DNA from: Ilumatobacteraceae bacterium
GTDB lineage: Bacteria; Actinomycetota; Acidimicrobiia; Acidimicrobiales; Ilumatobacteraceae
Assembly: GCA_963779295.1 (NCBI GenBank)
Contig: CAVZXO010000002.1
Span: forward strand, 221,927 to 285,926
DNA length: 64,000 nt
Direction: 5' to 3'
The position numbers and the translations under genes are program-made. The notes beneath the pieces are model-generated. The model saw only the letters and a program-made list of their open reading frames with translations, did no database searches and had not been told where the DNA came from. Positions within the stretch are counted from its first letter, which is position 1, and each line of letters begins with the position of its first letter. Positions 41,417 through 50,616 of the stretch are shown here, one piece after another.

Positions 41417-42214
41417 ATGCACTCCATCTGCGACGATCTGGCGGCGGAGCACGGCGATCTCGACAACATCGTCGCCGGGTTGGACGACGCACAGTGGTCT
41501 ATCGAGACGCCGTCACCCGGATGGGCGATTCGCGACCAGATCAGCCATCTGTGGTTCTTCGATCAGCGGGCCCTGATGGCGCTGACCGATCCCGCAACGT
41601 TCGCCGACGATATGCAGTGGCTCGCGACGCAACGGCGGAACCGAAGCGTCGATCGCGCCGGGCCGTTCGTTGCCACCCGCCGAACTGTTGGGTCGTTGGC
41701 GCGAGGATCGACAGCAATTGATCGATGCGGCCGCAGTGCTCGACCCGTCGACGCGGGTTCCTTGGTACGGCCCGTCGATGGCAGCGCGTTCGTTCATCAC
41801 CGCGCGACTGATGGAGACGTGGGCTCACGGCCAGGATGTCGCCGACGCGCTGGGCGTGGTGCGGCGGCCGACATCGCGACTGCGTCATGTTGCCCACATC
41901 GGTGTTCGGGCGCGACCGTTCAGCTATCTGGTGAACAGCATGACGATGCCTGACGTCGACGTAGCCGTGCACTTGACGGGCCCGGATGGTGATGCATGGG
42001 ACTGGGGCGATTCGGTCGACACGGTCGGCACGGTGCCAACACAGTGTCGGGCGCTGCGCTCGACTTCTGCCTTGTGGTGACGCAGCGCCGCAACATTGCC
42101 GACACTCGACTCGATGTCGTCGGCGATGCTGCGTTGGAGTGGATGTCGATTGCCCAGGCCTTCGCTGGTGGCGCCGGCCCCGGTCGGACGCCGGGCCAGT
42201 TCGCGGAGACGTAA
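41417..42214 (+). pseudogene. Mycothiol-dependent maleylpyruvate isomerase-like (DinB_2/TIGR03084-type) protein, frameshifted as assembled (x2)
   Basis: The N-terminus (LAAEHGDLDNIV..WSIETPSPGWAIRDQISHL) is in ORF 41417... The middle is in ORF 41670.. (WYGPSMAARSFITARLMETWAHGQD). The C-terminus is in ORF 41996..42214. Frame changes occur near 41640 and 42040. Confidence 0.62.
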
Positions 42215-42228
42215 TCAGAGCTCAGAGC

Positions 42229-43017
42229 TCAGAGATCGGTGATCAGCTTGAAGATCTCCGCAGCGCGGTAGCCGAAGGGCTCGCCGAGGCCGGCCAGGCG
42301 ATCGCTGATCCGCGTGCGGAACGCCGCGAGCTGGTCGGCGTCGACGGCTTTCATCGTGCTTTCGAACTGGCTGGTGTGCGCTTCGAGCGCGTCCAGCTTG
42401 CGCTCGAGAAACACACCGTCGTGGCCGCCGACGTCTTCGACGTGGTCGGGCTCGTCGGCCTCGAACAACAACAGCGCACTCGGCCGATGGGAATCGAGAC
42501 CGTGGTCGCGAAAGAAGTGCGGATCTCGAGCTGCGACGACCCCGTCGCATGCCAGAAGTCCGGCGTGGCGATGGTCGGGATGCAGGCGGTAGCGCTTCCA
42601 CGGGTCGTGCCCGAGGACCACGTCGGGACGCAACTCGCGGATGACCCGCGCCACCTCACCGCGCATCGCCAGGTCGCTGTCGAGCTCGCCGTCGACGTTG
42701 GGGAGGAACACCACGAATCCGGCGTTGGCGCCACTGAGTCGCCGCGCCGCCTCGCTCTGTTCGACCTTGCGTTGGGCGGCGAGTGCCACCACATCGGCAT
42801 CGGGATTCCATGTCCCCTTGGATCCGTCCGTACAGATCAGGTGATGCACGACGCAGCCCGACTCAGCCCACTTCGCCAACGTCGCGCCGCATCCGAATTC
42901 GACGTCGTCGGGATGGGCGCCGATCGCGAGTGCCGTCTCCGGCACCTCCAAGTTGTGGGTGAAGGCAGCGCCCGCTAGCGCGGGTTGGCCAGGTTCGTTG
43001 GCAGCCATGTCGGTAGC
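42229..43017 (-). CDS. PIG-L/LmbE family deacetylase
   Basis: Starts at ATG 43017 (MAANEPG...). Motifs AIGAHPDDVEFGCG and HPDHRHAG. The long upstream part of the track ORF is Arg-rich shadow sequence. Confidence 0.78.
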   Translation of the reverse strand, partial: ATDMAANEPGQPALAGAAFTHNLEVPETALAIGAHPDDVEFGCGATLAKWAESGCVVHHLICTDGSKGTWNPDADVVALAAQRKVEQSEAARRLSGANAGFVVFLPNVDGELDSDLAMRGEVARVIRELRPDVVLGHDPWKRYRLHPDHRHAGLLACDGVVAARDPHFFRDHGLDSHRPSALLLFEADEPDHVEDVGGHDGVFLERKLDALEAHTSQFESTMKAVDADQLAAFRTRISDRLAGLGEPFGYRAAEIFKLITDL

Positions 43018-43598
43018 ACTTCCTGCACGAGTGGGTGGGCGAGGTCGGTCGGTGTGTCGATGTCGAGCGCCAGCAATGCGTCGCGTCGCACACGCACTGG
43101 GAGGCCGGCCTCGATCGCCGCGCCGAGATGCCGTCGGAAGGAGCCGGGACCGTAGGCGAACTGGAACGTCGTGGCGGTGGGAAGCGCCACCACATTGGTG
43201 CCGTCGTCGCGACCGTCGGGCACCAGTGTCACCATGCCGGGCTCGGTCAGCGCGGCGAGATCGTGGGCACGAGGCAGATCGCCGTGGGCAACGATCACGT
43301 CGGTGACGCCGGCATCGCGAAGATCGGTCACGCTGTTGTTGACGGCCGCGTTGAGCCCGACCCCGGGATGCCACAGGACGCCCGCGCCGTGCTCGCCCGC
43401 CCACGCGGCGACCTGCTCGTCGTCGCATGCCACGTACGTGGGTAGTTCGCCGGCCGCGGCCAACACCCGCGCCGACATCCAGCGCGCCAGTCGTTCGCGA
43501 TCGGCGTCGGCGAGCACCGCGGACAAGCGCGCCTTGGCATTGGTGAACGCCTTCACCGGAACGAGGACAACGGCATTCACTACTGGCATCGTACGCAC
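42975..43598 (-). CDS. cofC: 2-phospho-L-lactate (or PEP) guanylyltransferase, F420 biosynthesis
   Basis: 207 aa with VLVPVKAFTNAKARL and LPDGRDDGTN-type motifs typical of CofC/FbiD. It overlaps the downstream PIG-L gene by 43 nt. Confidence 0.75.
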   Translation of the reverse strand: MRTMPVVNAVVLVPVKAFTNAKARLSAVLADADRERLARWMSARVLAAAGELPTYVACDDEQVAAWAGEHGAGVLWHPGVGLNAAVNNSVTDLRDAGVTDVIVAHGDLPRAHDLAALTEPGMVTLVPDGRDDGTNVVALPTATTFQFAYGPGSFRRHLGAAIEAGLPVRVRRDALLALDIDTPTDLAHPLVQEVLPTWLPTNLANPR

Positions 43599-43611
43599 CT
43601 ACGCTGTGTTC

Positions 43612-44607
43612 ATGCCGATCAACGTCGCCGTCATCGGCGCAGGTTCCTGGGGCACGACGGTCGCAGCATTGGCCGCTGTCAACACCCCGACGATCCTGTG
43701 GGCCCGGCGCCCGGAGTTGGCGGCACAGATCAACGACGCCCACGTCAACGGCGACTACCTGCCCAGCTTCATGTTGCCGGAGCAACTTCGGGCGACGAGC
43801 TCGTTGGAGGAAGCGGTGTCGCACGCCGACGTGCTGGTGATGGCTGTGCCGTCGCACGGGTACCGCGATGTGGCGGCCGAGGCTGCACCCTTCCTTCGGC
43901 CATGGGTGCCGGTCGTGACGTTGACGAAAGGGATCGAGCGCAGTTCACGCAAGCGGATGAGCGAGGTCACCAGCGACGAGATGCCGGGACATCCCGTCGC
44001 CGTCCTCACCGGCCCGAACCTGGCGAAGGAGATCCTCGGCGGTCAGCCGGCGGCCAGCGTCGTCGCCATCGACGACGAGGTGATCGCCGCCGAACTGCAA
44101 CGCATCTTCAGCCGCCCGAGCCTGCGCATCTACACCAATCCCGACGTGGTCGGCTGCGAAGTCAGCGGCGTCGTCAAGAACGTCATCGCGATCGCCAGCG
44201 GGATGGCCGAGGGCATGGGCTTCGGCGACAACACTCGGGCGACCATCATCACCCGTGGACTGGCGGAGATGACCCGCCTCGGGATGGCAATGGGTGGGCA
44301 GGCGACGACGTTCTCGGGCCTCGCCGGCATCGGCGACCTGATCGCGACCTGTTCGTCGAAGCAGAGCCGCAACAACAGCGTGGGGATGCAGCTCGGCCTC
44401 GGTCACCGCATCGACGACGTGCTGGCGTCGATGAGCATGGTCGCCGAGGGTGTCAAGAGCTCGCCCAGCGTGCTCGACCTCGCTCGTCGGTACGGCGTCG
44501 AGATGCCGATCACCGAGCAGGTGGTGGCCGTGTGTCACGAGGGTCGTACCGCGGCCGAGGCGCTCGGTGCGCTGATGCAGCGCAGTCGCAAGAGTGAACT
44601 CGACTAG
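43612..44607 (+). CDS. gpsA: NAD(P)H-dependent glycerol-3-phosphate dehydrogenase
   Basis: Starts at ATG 43612. Rossmann motif VIGAGSWGTTVA, plus the GPNLAKE and GVKNVIAIA signatures. Intact. Confidence 0.92.
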   Translation: MPINVAVIGAGSWGTTVAALAAVNTPTILWARRPELAAQINDAHVNGDYLPSFMLPEQLRATSSLEEAVSHADVLVMAVPSHGYRDVAAEAAPFLRPWVPVVTLTKGIERSSRKRMSEVTSDEMPGHPVAVLTGPNLAKEILGGQPAASVVAIDDEVIAAELQRIFSRPSLRIYTNPDVVGCEVSGVVKNVIAIASGMAEGMGFGDNTRATIITRGLAEMTRLGMAMGGQATTFSGLAGIGDLIATCSSKQSRNNSVGMQLGLGHRIDDVLASMSMVAEGVKSSPSVLDLARRYGVEMPITEQVVAVCHEGRTAAEALGALMQRSRKSELD

Positions 44608-45892
44608 TGGGTCCTCTGGTGGGTGGAGGTTGCCGGTGACAACGACGGGTGTGGTCGCAGCACGGTGGCGTGCATCCGTTTCCCCTTGGGGCGCGGTCGA
44701 GCCATGGGATGGGTCGACGACGATCGATTGGTTCGTTGCCGCCGACGATCGTTGGCACACACCGCAGCACGAGGCAGCGACGCGACAGATCCGAGTCAGC
44801 GGCACCCCGGTGGTCGAGACGCGAGTCCGGATTCCTGGCGGCGATGCGGTGCACCGCGTGTACTCGGTCGCCGACGGCGGTGGGATGACGGTGATCGAGA
44901 TCACCAACGAGTCGACGCTGCCGATTGCCGTCGCCTTCACCGGCGGAGGCTTGCTGACACGTCGACCACCGACGTCGATGCCGCCGCAGGGGATCGATCT
45001 GCCTGCCGACGCGGTGATCCATCCGATCGGTCACGGCGCGACCCTGACGGTTGCCCGCTCGCATGGTGCGGCCACGGCGTTGCCCGAGTCGCTGCCACCG
45101 GCGGATCAAGTGGTGCGCGGCTGGCTCGCCCAGACACAGCGGGCCAGTCGGTTGCAGCTGCCCGACGCGGCGATGGTCGAGGCGGTCACCGCGGCACGCT
45201 GCGAGCTGTTGTTGAACGGTCCTGTCGGCGAGGTCGCGGCTGATCTCGTCGACCGTAGGTCGATCTCGTCGACCCTGTGACCATCATCTTGGGGATCGCC
45301 GAGTTGGTGCGGCTGGGCGACTCCGCAGCGATCTGGGTGCCAGAGATCGCCACCCAGCTGGAGCGATGGGCGCGCAGTGGCAACCAGATCGCTGCCGCAG
45401 GGAGGCAGCGAGGTCGAGCGGTGAAGCAGCGATCGAGGCTGCGGCGCGGGTCCTGCATTCCGCCGGCGAGCATCGGGCGGTCGACGATCTGCGCAGGATG
45501 AAGCTTCCCGCGCCGCGTGCCGGTCACAGCAACTTGCATTGCCGTCGTCACCCGGGCTGGTGCCGTCGTGGGTGGAGCGGCATCTGGTGATCTCCGACGA
45601 GCACGCCGCGCAATTGATGCCGAACTCGTTCCCACCGTCGTGGCTCGGCATCGACTTCGAGGCCCATGGATTGGCCATCGGCTTGGCATCGACCTTGTCG
45701 TTCGCGATTCGCTGGCACGGCGACCGCCCGGCGGTGCTGTGGGAGGTCGATGGCGCCCCGATGCCGCTCAGCTTCGGTGCGTGGACCACGGGTCAGCTCG
45801 CCGGTGAGGCTCTGTGGCCACCGATCGCGACGCCGGCCGAACCCTCCTTCCAATCCTCCTCGCCGGCTCAACCAGACCAGTCGTTCAGCTGA
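44594..45892 (+). pseudogene. Conserved-looking hypothetical protein, frameshifted as assembled (about 3 times)
   Basis: Coding-like segments sit in ORFs 44594..45280, 45277.., 45366.. and 45539..45892. The start overlaps the gpsA stop and the stop overlaps the next start (TGATG). No family recognised. Confidence 0.45.
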
Positions 45893-46836
45893 TGTGCGAT
45901 TGCCTGGTAGCCCTTCCATCGGCGACCGGTCAATCGTTCGCGTTGTTCGCCAAGAACAGTGATCGACCGCCCGACGAGCAGCAGGTGGTCGAGTGGAATC
46001 CACCGCGACGCGACCCTTCGCCTATCCGGGCAACGCACATCGAGGTTGCACCGTTCGATCGCCACACGATCGGCTGCATCGTTTCTCGGCCGGCGTGGTG
46101 CTGGGGTGCCGAGCACGGCGTCAACGAAGCCGGGGTCGCGATCGGCAACGAAGCGATCTACACGACCTTGGATCCTCGTACCGCCCCGCCGGCGTTGGTC
46201 GGGATGGATCTCGTCCGACTCGGCCTGGAGCGAGGCGATTCGGCGCGGCAGGCCGTGGAGGTGATCACCACGTTGCTGGAGCGCTATGGACAGGGAGGCA
46301 CCGGACATGATCCGCACGGATCGACCGGACCGAAGGCGTACTGGAGCAGCTTCCTCGTTGCCGATCCGGCCGAGGCCTGGGTGATCGAGACCAGCGGGTC
46401 CACGTGGGCCACTGAACACGTCGGCGATGTCCGGGCGATCTCGAACCGCACGACGATCGCCGCGTTCGATGCTGAGCATCGCCATCCGCGCCAGCCCGTC
46501 GAACGATTCGTCGACCCACGGCTCGCTGCCTCGAATTCGGTGTTGGCCGATCGTCCCGTCACGTATGAATCGATGGCCGCCCACCTTCGCTCGCACGACA
46601 GTTGCAGCGAGCCGGGGTGGAGCGTGTGCATGCACGTGGACGACGTCGAGGCGACGACGGCGACGACGGCATCGATGATCGCCGAACTTGGCACCGACGG
46701 CCGGCATCGGGTGTGGACGTTGCTCGGCTCGCCCTGCGAGAACGAGTACGTCGAGTACGAGGTGTCAGCGTTTCAGGGTTCGAGGACAGCCGGGTCGCCG
46801 GTGGCGACGCGCCCAGGCTCGAGCACGGTCGCGTAG
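45892..46836 (+). CDS. C69/secernin-like N-terminal-nucleophile (Cys) hydrolase
   Basis: The N-terminus is MCDCLVAL...FAKNSDRPP, giving Cys2 as the nucleophile after Met removal, which is typical of the peptidase C69 family. ATG 45892 lies within track ORF 45814... Confidence 0.62.
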   Translation: MCDCLVALPSATGQSFALFAKNSDRPPDEQQVVEWNPPRRDPSPIRATHIEVAPFDRHTIGCIVSRPAWCWGAEHGVNEAGVAIGNEAIYTTLDPRTAPPALVGMDLVRLGLERGDSARQAVEVITTLLERYGQGGTGHDPHGSTGPKAYWSSFLVADPAEAWVIETSGSTWATEHVGDVRAISNRTTIAAFDAEHRHPRQPVERFVDPRLAASNSVLADRPVTYESMAAHLRSHDSCSEPGWSVCMHVDDVEATTATTASMIAELGTDGRHRVWTLLGSPCENEYVEYEVSAFQGSRTAGSPVATRPGSSTVA

Positions 46837-47459
46837 ACCCGGCTCACCGGACCGCGTTCGTGGTGCATCACGTTGAAGTCGCCGTCGATGAACCAGCGCG
46901 AGTTGCTCTTGCACGGCAGCGTGTAGGCACTGACTTCGCACAGCACTTCACCGATCCGCAGTCGCACGCCGGCGCGGACCTCGGCCCACGGCAACCCGCT
47001 GACCGTGATGTTCTCGCCGGCCCGCCCCGGTTCCAGGGGATGACCGGCGCGCCGAAAGTCGTCGATCACCTCGAGGCTCCAGATGCACAGTGCCTGCCAC
47101 GGGCGACCGTGGTGCACGCGAGTCGCCTGGCGATCGCCCTCGATCCCCTTCCACGTCACGTCGGCGACATCGACGGCGACCTTGGGGAGGCCTCCCGGCG
47201 AAACGCTGAGTTGCGTCACGGTTCCTTCGCTGCGGCGTGGCATCTGTGCGGCGGCGCGTAGCGCCGGGCCGGCCGATGTCCACGACGCCCAGGTCGCTGT
47301 GAGGTCTGCCTCGACATCGCCGGTCGGACGAGGCGGGCGGAGGTGTTCGATGATGGTGGCGTCGCGACCCTCGCCGTACAAGTCGAAGATCTCGTCGCCG
47401 AGACGCACGGTGCGCTCGGCGTCGGTTTCGGTGAACCGATACGGCCCGATGGAGTACAT
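46773..47459 (-). CDS. MOSC domain-containing protein
   Basis: Has a beta-barrel MOSC region (GENITVSGLPWAEVRAGVRLRIGEVLCEVSAYTLPC). ATG 47459 is preferred over the track's TTG 47468. Confidence 0.72.
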   Translation of the reverse strand: MYSIGPYRFTETDAERTVRLGDEIFDLYGEGRDATIIEHLRPPRPTGDVEADLTATWASWTSAGPALRAAAQMPRRSEGTVTQLSVSPGGLPKVAVDVADVTWKGIEGDRQATRVHHGRPWQALCIWSLEVIDDFRRAGHPLEPGRAGENITVSGLPWAEVRAGVRLRIGEVLCEVSAYTLPCKSNSRWFIDGDFNVMHHERGPVSRVYATVLEPGRVATGDPAVLEP

Positions 47460-47468
47460 GCAGGTCAA

Positions 47469-47503
47469 CCGTAGATCAGCTGTAGTCAGCCGTAGTCAGC
47501 TGT
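47469..47503. promoter_or_regulatory. Three tandem 10-nt repeats (CNGTAGWTCAG) in the MOSC/selD divergent control region
   Basis: CCGTAGATCAG CTGTAGTCAG CCGTAGTCAG CTGT has exact 10-nt phasing and two CAGCTG palindromes. It starts about 10 nt upstream of the MOSC start codon. Confidence 0.4.
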
Positions 47504-47588
47504 GCCGGCCCCAACCCTGCAGATTCGCGACAAGCTCGCGGGACCGTAGGCTGGCGACGTGACTGGCTTGGAAGTGGACGCGGACGCG

Positions 47589-48611
47589 ATGCTGATGCTG
47601 GTATCTCCGATCCGTTCGCCGACCTGCGGTTGACCGAGTGGACATCGTGCGGCGGGTGCGCAGCCAAGTGGGGTGCGGCGCTGTGTGACCGACATGGTTC
47701 GCGACATGCCGGCGGGGATCGACCCGTCGCTGCTGGTCGGCCTGGCGCCATTCGACGACGCGGCCATCTACGAGATGGCGCCCGGCGTCGCGCTCGTCAG
47801 CACGACCGACTTCTTTCCGCCGCTTGTCGATCACCCCAGCGACTTCGGGGCGATCGCCGCGGCCAACGCATGCAGTGATGTCTTTGCGATGGGCGGTCGT
47901 GTTGCAATCGCCGTCAACATCGCCGCCTTCCCCGAGCACTTCCCGCGCCAGGCGATCGTGGCGATCTTCGACGCTGCAGCGGCGGTCGTCGCCGAAGCTG
48001 GCGGAACCATCGCCGGCGGTCACACGATCCGCAATCCAGAGCCGATCTTCGGCCTCGCCGTGCAGGGTGTCGTCGATCCGGCGCGTGTGTTCCGCAAGGG
48101 TGGCGGGCGGCCGGGCGATGTCTTGGTGCTCAGCAAGCCGATCGGCACGGGGCTGGCCTTGGCCGGCGGCTCGGTCGACGACAAGGCAGAGGCGATCGCC
48201 GGCATGCGTCGCCTGAACCGAGCCGCGTCCGAGGAGCTGCAGTCGCTGGGCTCCGCTGTGCATGCAGCCACCGATGTCACCGGCTACGGCCTCGCCGGGC
48301 ATGGTTGGGAGATGGCCGAACGCGGGGCTGTGCAGGTTGTCATCGACACCGACGGATTGCGCACGTACGGCGGTGCGTTGGCCGCCGCCGAGCGAGGCGT
48401 TCGCACCGGCGGTGATCCGCGCAACCGTGACTATGTCGCCGGCCACATGCAGTCGTCGGCGACCGCCGCTGGCGAGGCGTTGTGCATGGATCCGCAGACC
48501 TCCGGCGGTCTGTTGGCGGCGATCGATCCGGCGGCTCTGTCGTCGTTGTCCGACATGTGGTGGCGGGTGGGCGAAGTCGTCGCCGGCGAGTCGCGCATCG
48601 TGTTGCGCTGA
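47589..48611 (+). pseudogene. selD: Selenide, water dikinase (selenophosphate synthetase), Cys-type, frameshifted as assembled (1-2 times)
   Basis: The active-site loop RLTEWTSCGGCAAKWGAAL is in the ORF 47630.. frame. The body is in ORF 47673..48611 (DDAAIYEM, STTDFFPP, AMGG, PIGTG). The frame change is at about 47685. The ATG 47589 start needs a second change near 47600. Confidence 0.8.
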
Positions 48612-49282
48612 TGGCCGGCCGGGCACCGACACGCTCGATCGAGAAGGAGCTGTGGGCTGCCGGTCACGAGGTGATCGTCGGCATCGACGAGGTCGGACGC
48701 GGCGCATGGGCGGGTCCGTTGATGGTCGGCGCGGCCGTGCTGCCGCGCGGAAAGCGAGTCAACGGGGTGCGCGACTCGAAGGTGCTCACCGAGGCCGGTC
48801 GCGAGTTCCTGTTCGACCGGATCGCTGATTGGTGCGACGCGTGGGCTGTCGGAGGGGCATCGCAAGAGGAATGCGACGAGTTGGGAATGGCGGAGGCGCA
48901 ACGGTTGGCAACTCGTCGTGCGCTGGCCGGTCTCGGCGTCACACCCGATGCCGCGGTCGTCGACGGCAAGTGGAACTTCGTCGGCACCAACGTCGCCCAT
49001 GTCGAGATGCGGGTCAAGGCCGATCTGCACTGCCTCTCGGTCGCGGCCGCGTCGATCCTGGCCAAGGTGACTCGCGACCGCATCATGCGTGAGCAGGCCG
49101 AGCACTATCCGCAGTGGAGCTTCGAGTCGAACAAGGGCTATCCGTGCCCGGTGCACAAGGCGGCGCTGCAGGCCTACGGACCCTCGGCGATCCATCGCCG
49201 GACGTGGGTCTTCATGGATCACTATGTGCCGTGGCCCGGGGTGCCGCGACGCATCATCGCCGAGCAACCCACGCTGTTCTAA
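48611..49282 (+). CDS. rnhB: Ribonuclease HII
   Basis: ATG 48611 overlaps the selD stop (TGATG). Motifs GIDEVGRGAWAGPL, DSKVL and AASILAKV. Confidence 0.9.
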   Translation: MAGRAPTRSIEKELWAAGHEVIVGIDEVGRGAWAGPLMVGAAVLPRGKRVNGVRDSKVLTEAGREFLFDRIADWCDAWAVGGASQEECDELGMAEAQRLATRRALAGLGVTPDAAVVDGKWNFVGTNVAHVEMRVKADLHCLSVAAASILAKVTRDRIMREQAEHYPQWSFESNKGYPCPVHKAALQAYGPSAIHRRTWVFMDHYVPWPGVPRRIIAEQPTLF

Positions 49283-49287
49283 GCCTG

Positions 49288-50616
49288 ATGGCCGATGTAC
49301 CCAACGAGACTTCTCCTGTGACGGCCGACTGTCGCGATCGTCGGCGGCGGGCTGGCGGGTTTGCGCTGTGCCGAGGCGCTGGTCTCGAGTGCTCCCGAGA
49401 TCGACGTCGTGGTGTTGGAGGCACGCGATCGCGTGGGCGGGCGGGTGTTCAGCCATCGCTTCAGCGACGGGCAGACGTGCGAGCGTGGCGCCGAGTTCAT
49501 CGACTCGAATCACGACGAAGTCATGGCGCTGGCCGAGCGGCTCGGATTGACGTTGAGCACTCGACCGACCGAACTCGATCCGCGATGCGACGCTGATCGA
49601 TGCCGGCGGGCGTGCGGTGCCGATGTCGATGCATGCCTCGATCGGGCCCGACATGGCCCGATGGCTGCAGGCCGTCGCCGCGTCGGACGATGAGAGACGA
49701 CGTCGAAGATGGGGACGAGGTGCCGAGTGGCGCACACTGGCCGACCTGATGCACTCGCTCGATCTGTCGGTGCTGTCGCGACTGGCGATCGGCCGCCACA
49801 TCCGCACCGAGTACATGTTGCCGCCCGAGGAGGTCGGTCAGCGGTTTGCGGGACGGCTGACTCGGTTGCAGGGAGCTGGGACAGCGGAGTGCCACCGCAT
49901 CGTCGGTGGCAACGACCAATTGGCTACGGGCCTCGCGGCTCGCCTGGGTGATCGGGTACGACTCGGTGCCGCGGTGCAGTCGATCGACGCTGACATCGGG
50001 CCGGATCGTGTTGGTGTCCGGCGAGGTCATCGACGCGACGACGATCGTTGCCGCGCTGCCACTGCCGGTGCTGTCCCGTATCTGGCCGGCCATGCCGCTG
50101 GAGCTCGGTGCGATCGGGTACGGGGTCGGCGGCAAGATCAGTGTGCAGTTCGACCGCCGGGTCTGGCGCGACTACGGCAGCAATGGCGAGGTGTTGAGCG
50201 ACCGGGCGTGGGGACACCTGTGGGAGACGACCGACGATCAGAGCGGCGATCGTGGCGTGTTGACCAACCTGTTGTCGTCGCACGACGGCGCCGCGTTCGC
50301 TGCGTTGCCCGAGGCACCGGACCGGATCGTCACCGAGATCGATCGACTGTTTCCGGGTGCCAAGGGTCTGGCCGGCGAGCGGGTGCACACCGATTGGACC
50401 AACGATCCGTTCAGCCTTGGCGCGTACAGCTGTTTCGGCCCCGGCCAGATCGCGGCGGCAGCATCACTTCTCACTGCAGCCCACGGTCGCGAGGGCTGCT
50501 TGCTGTTGGCCGGCGAACACACCGACGAGTTCAGTGGCTTCATGGAGGGCGCCCTGCGCAGCGGTGCGAGAGTCGCGGCGAGGATCGTCGACCGTCTGCG
50601 ATCAGCGGGCTTCTAG
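49288..50616 (+). pseudogene. FAD-dependent amine oxidase family oxidoreductase, frameshifted as assembled (at least 3 times)
   Basis: The dinucleotide fold VAIVGGGLAGLRCA...VLEARDRVGGRV is in the ORF 49361.. frame. The N-terminal 14 aa, the middle (ORF 49617..) and the C-terminus (ORF 49906..50616, LLLAGEHT...GFMEGALRSG) are in other frames. Confidence 0.7.

Noticed and set aside
47630-47690. A selenocysteine (in-frame TGA) in the SelD active-site loop, or a programmed recoding event explaining the frame change.
   Set aside because: Both loop cysteines are TGC codons. The TGA at 47631 is in a different frame. The frame change at ~47685 looks like the many other single-base indels in this assembly.
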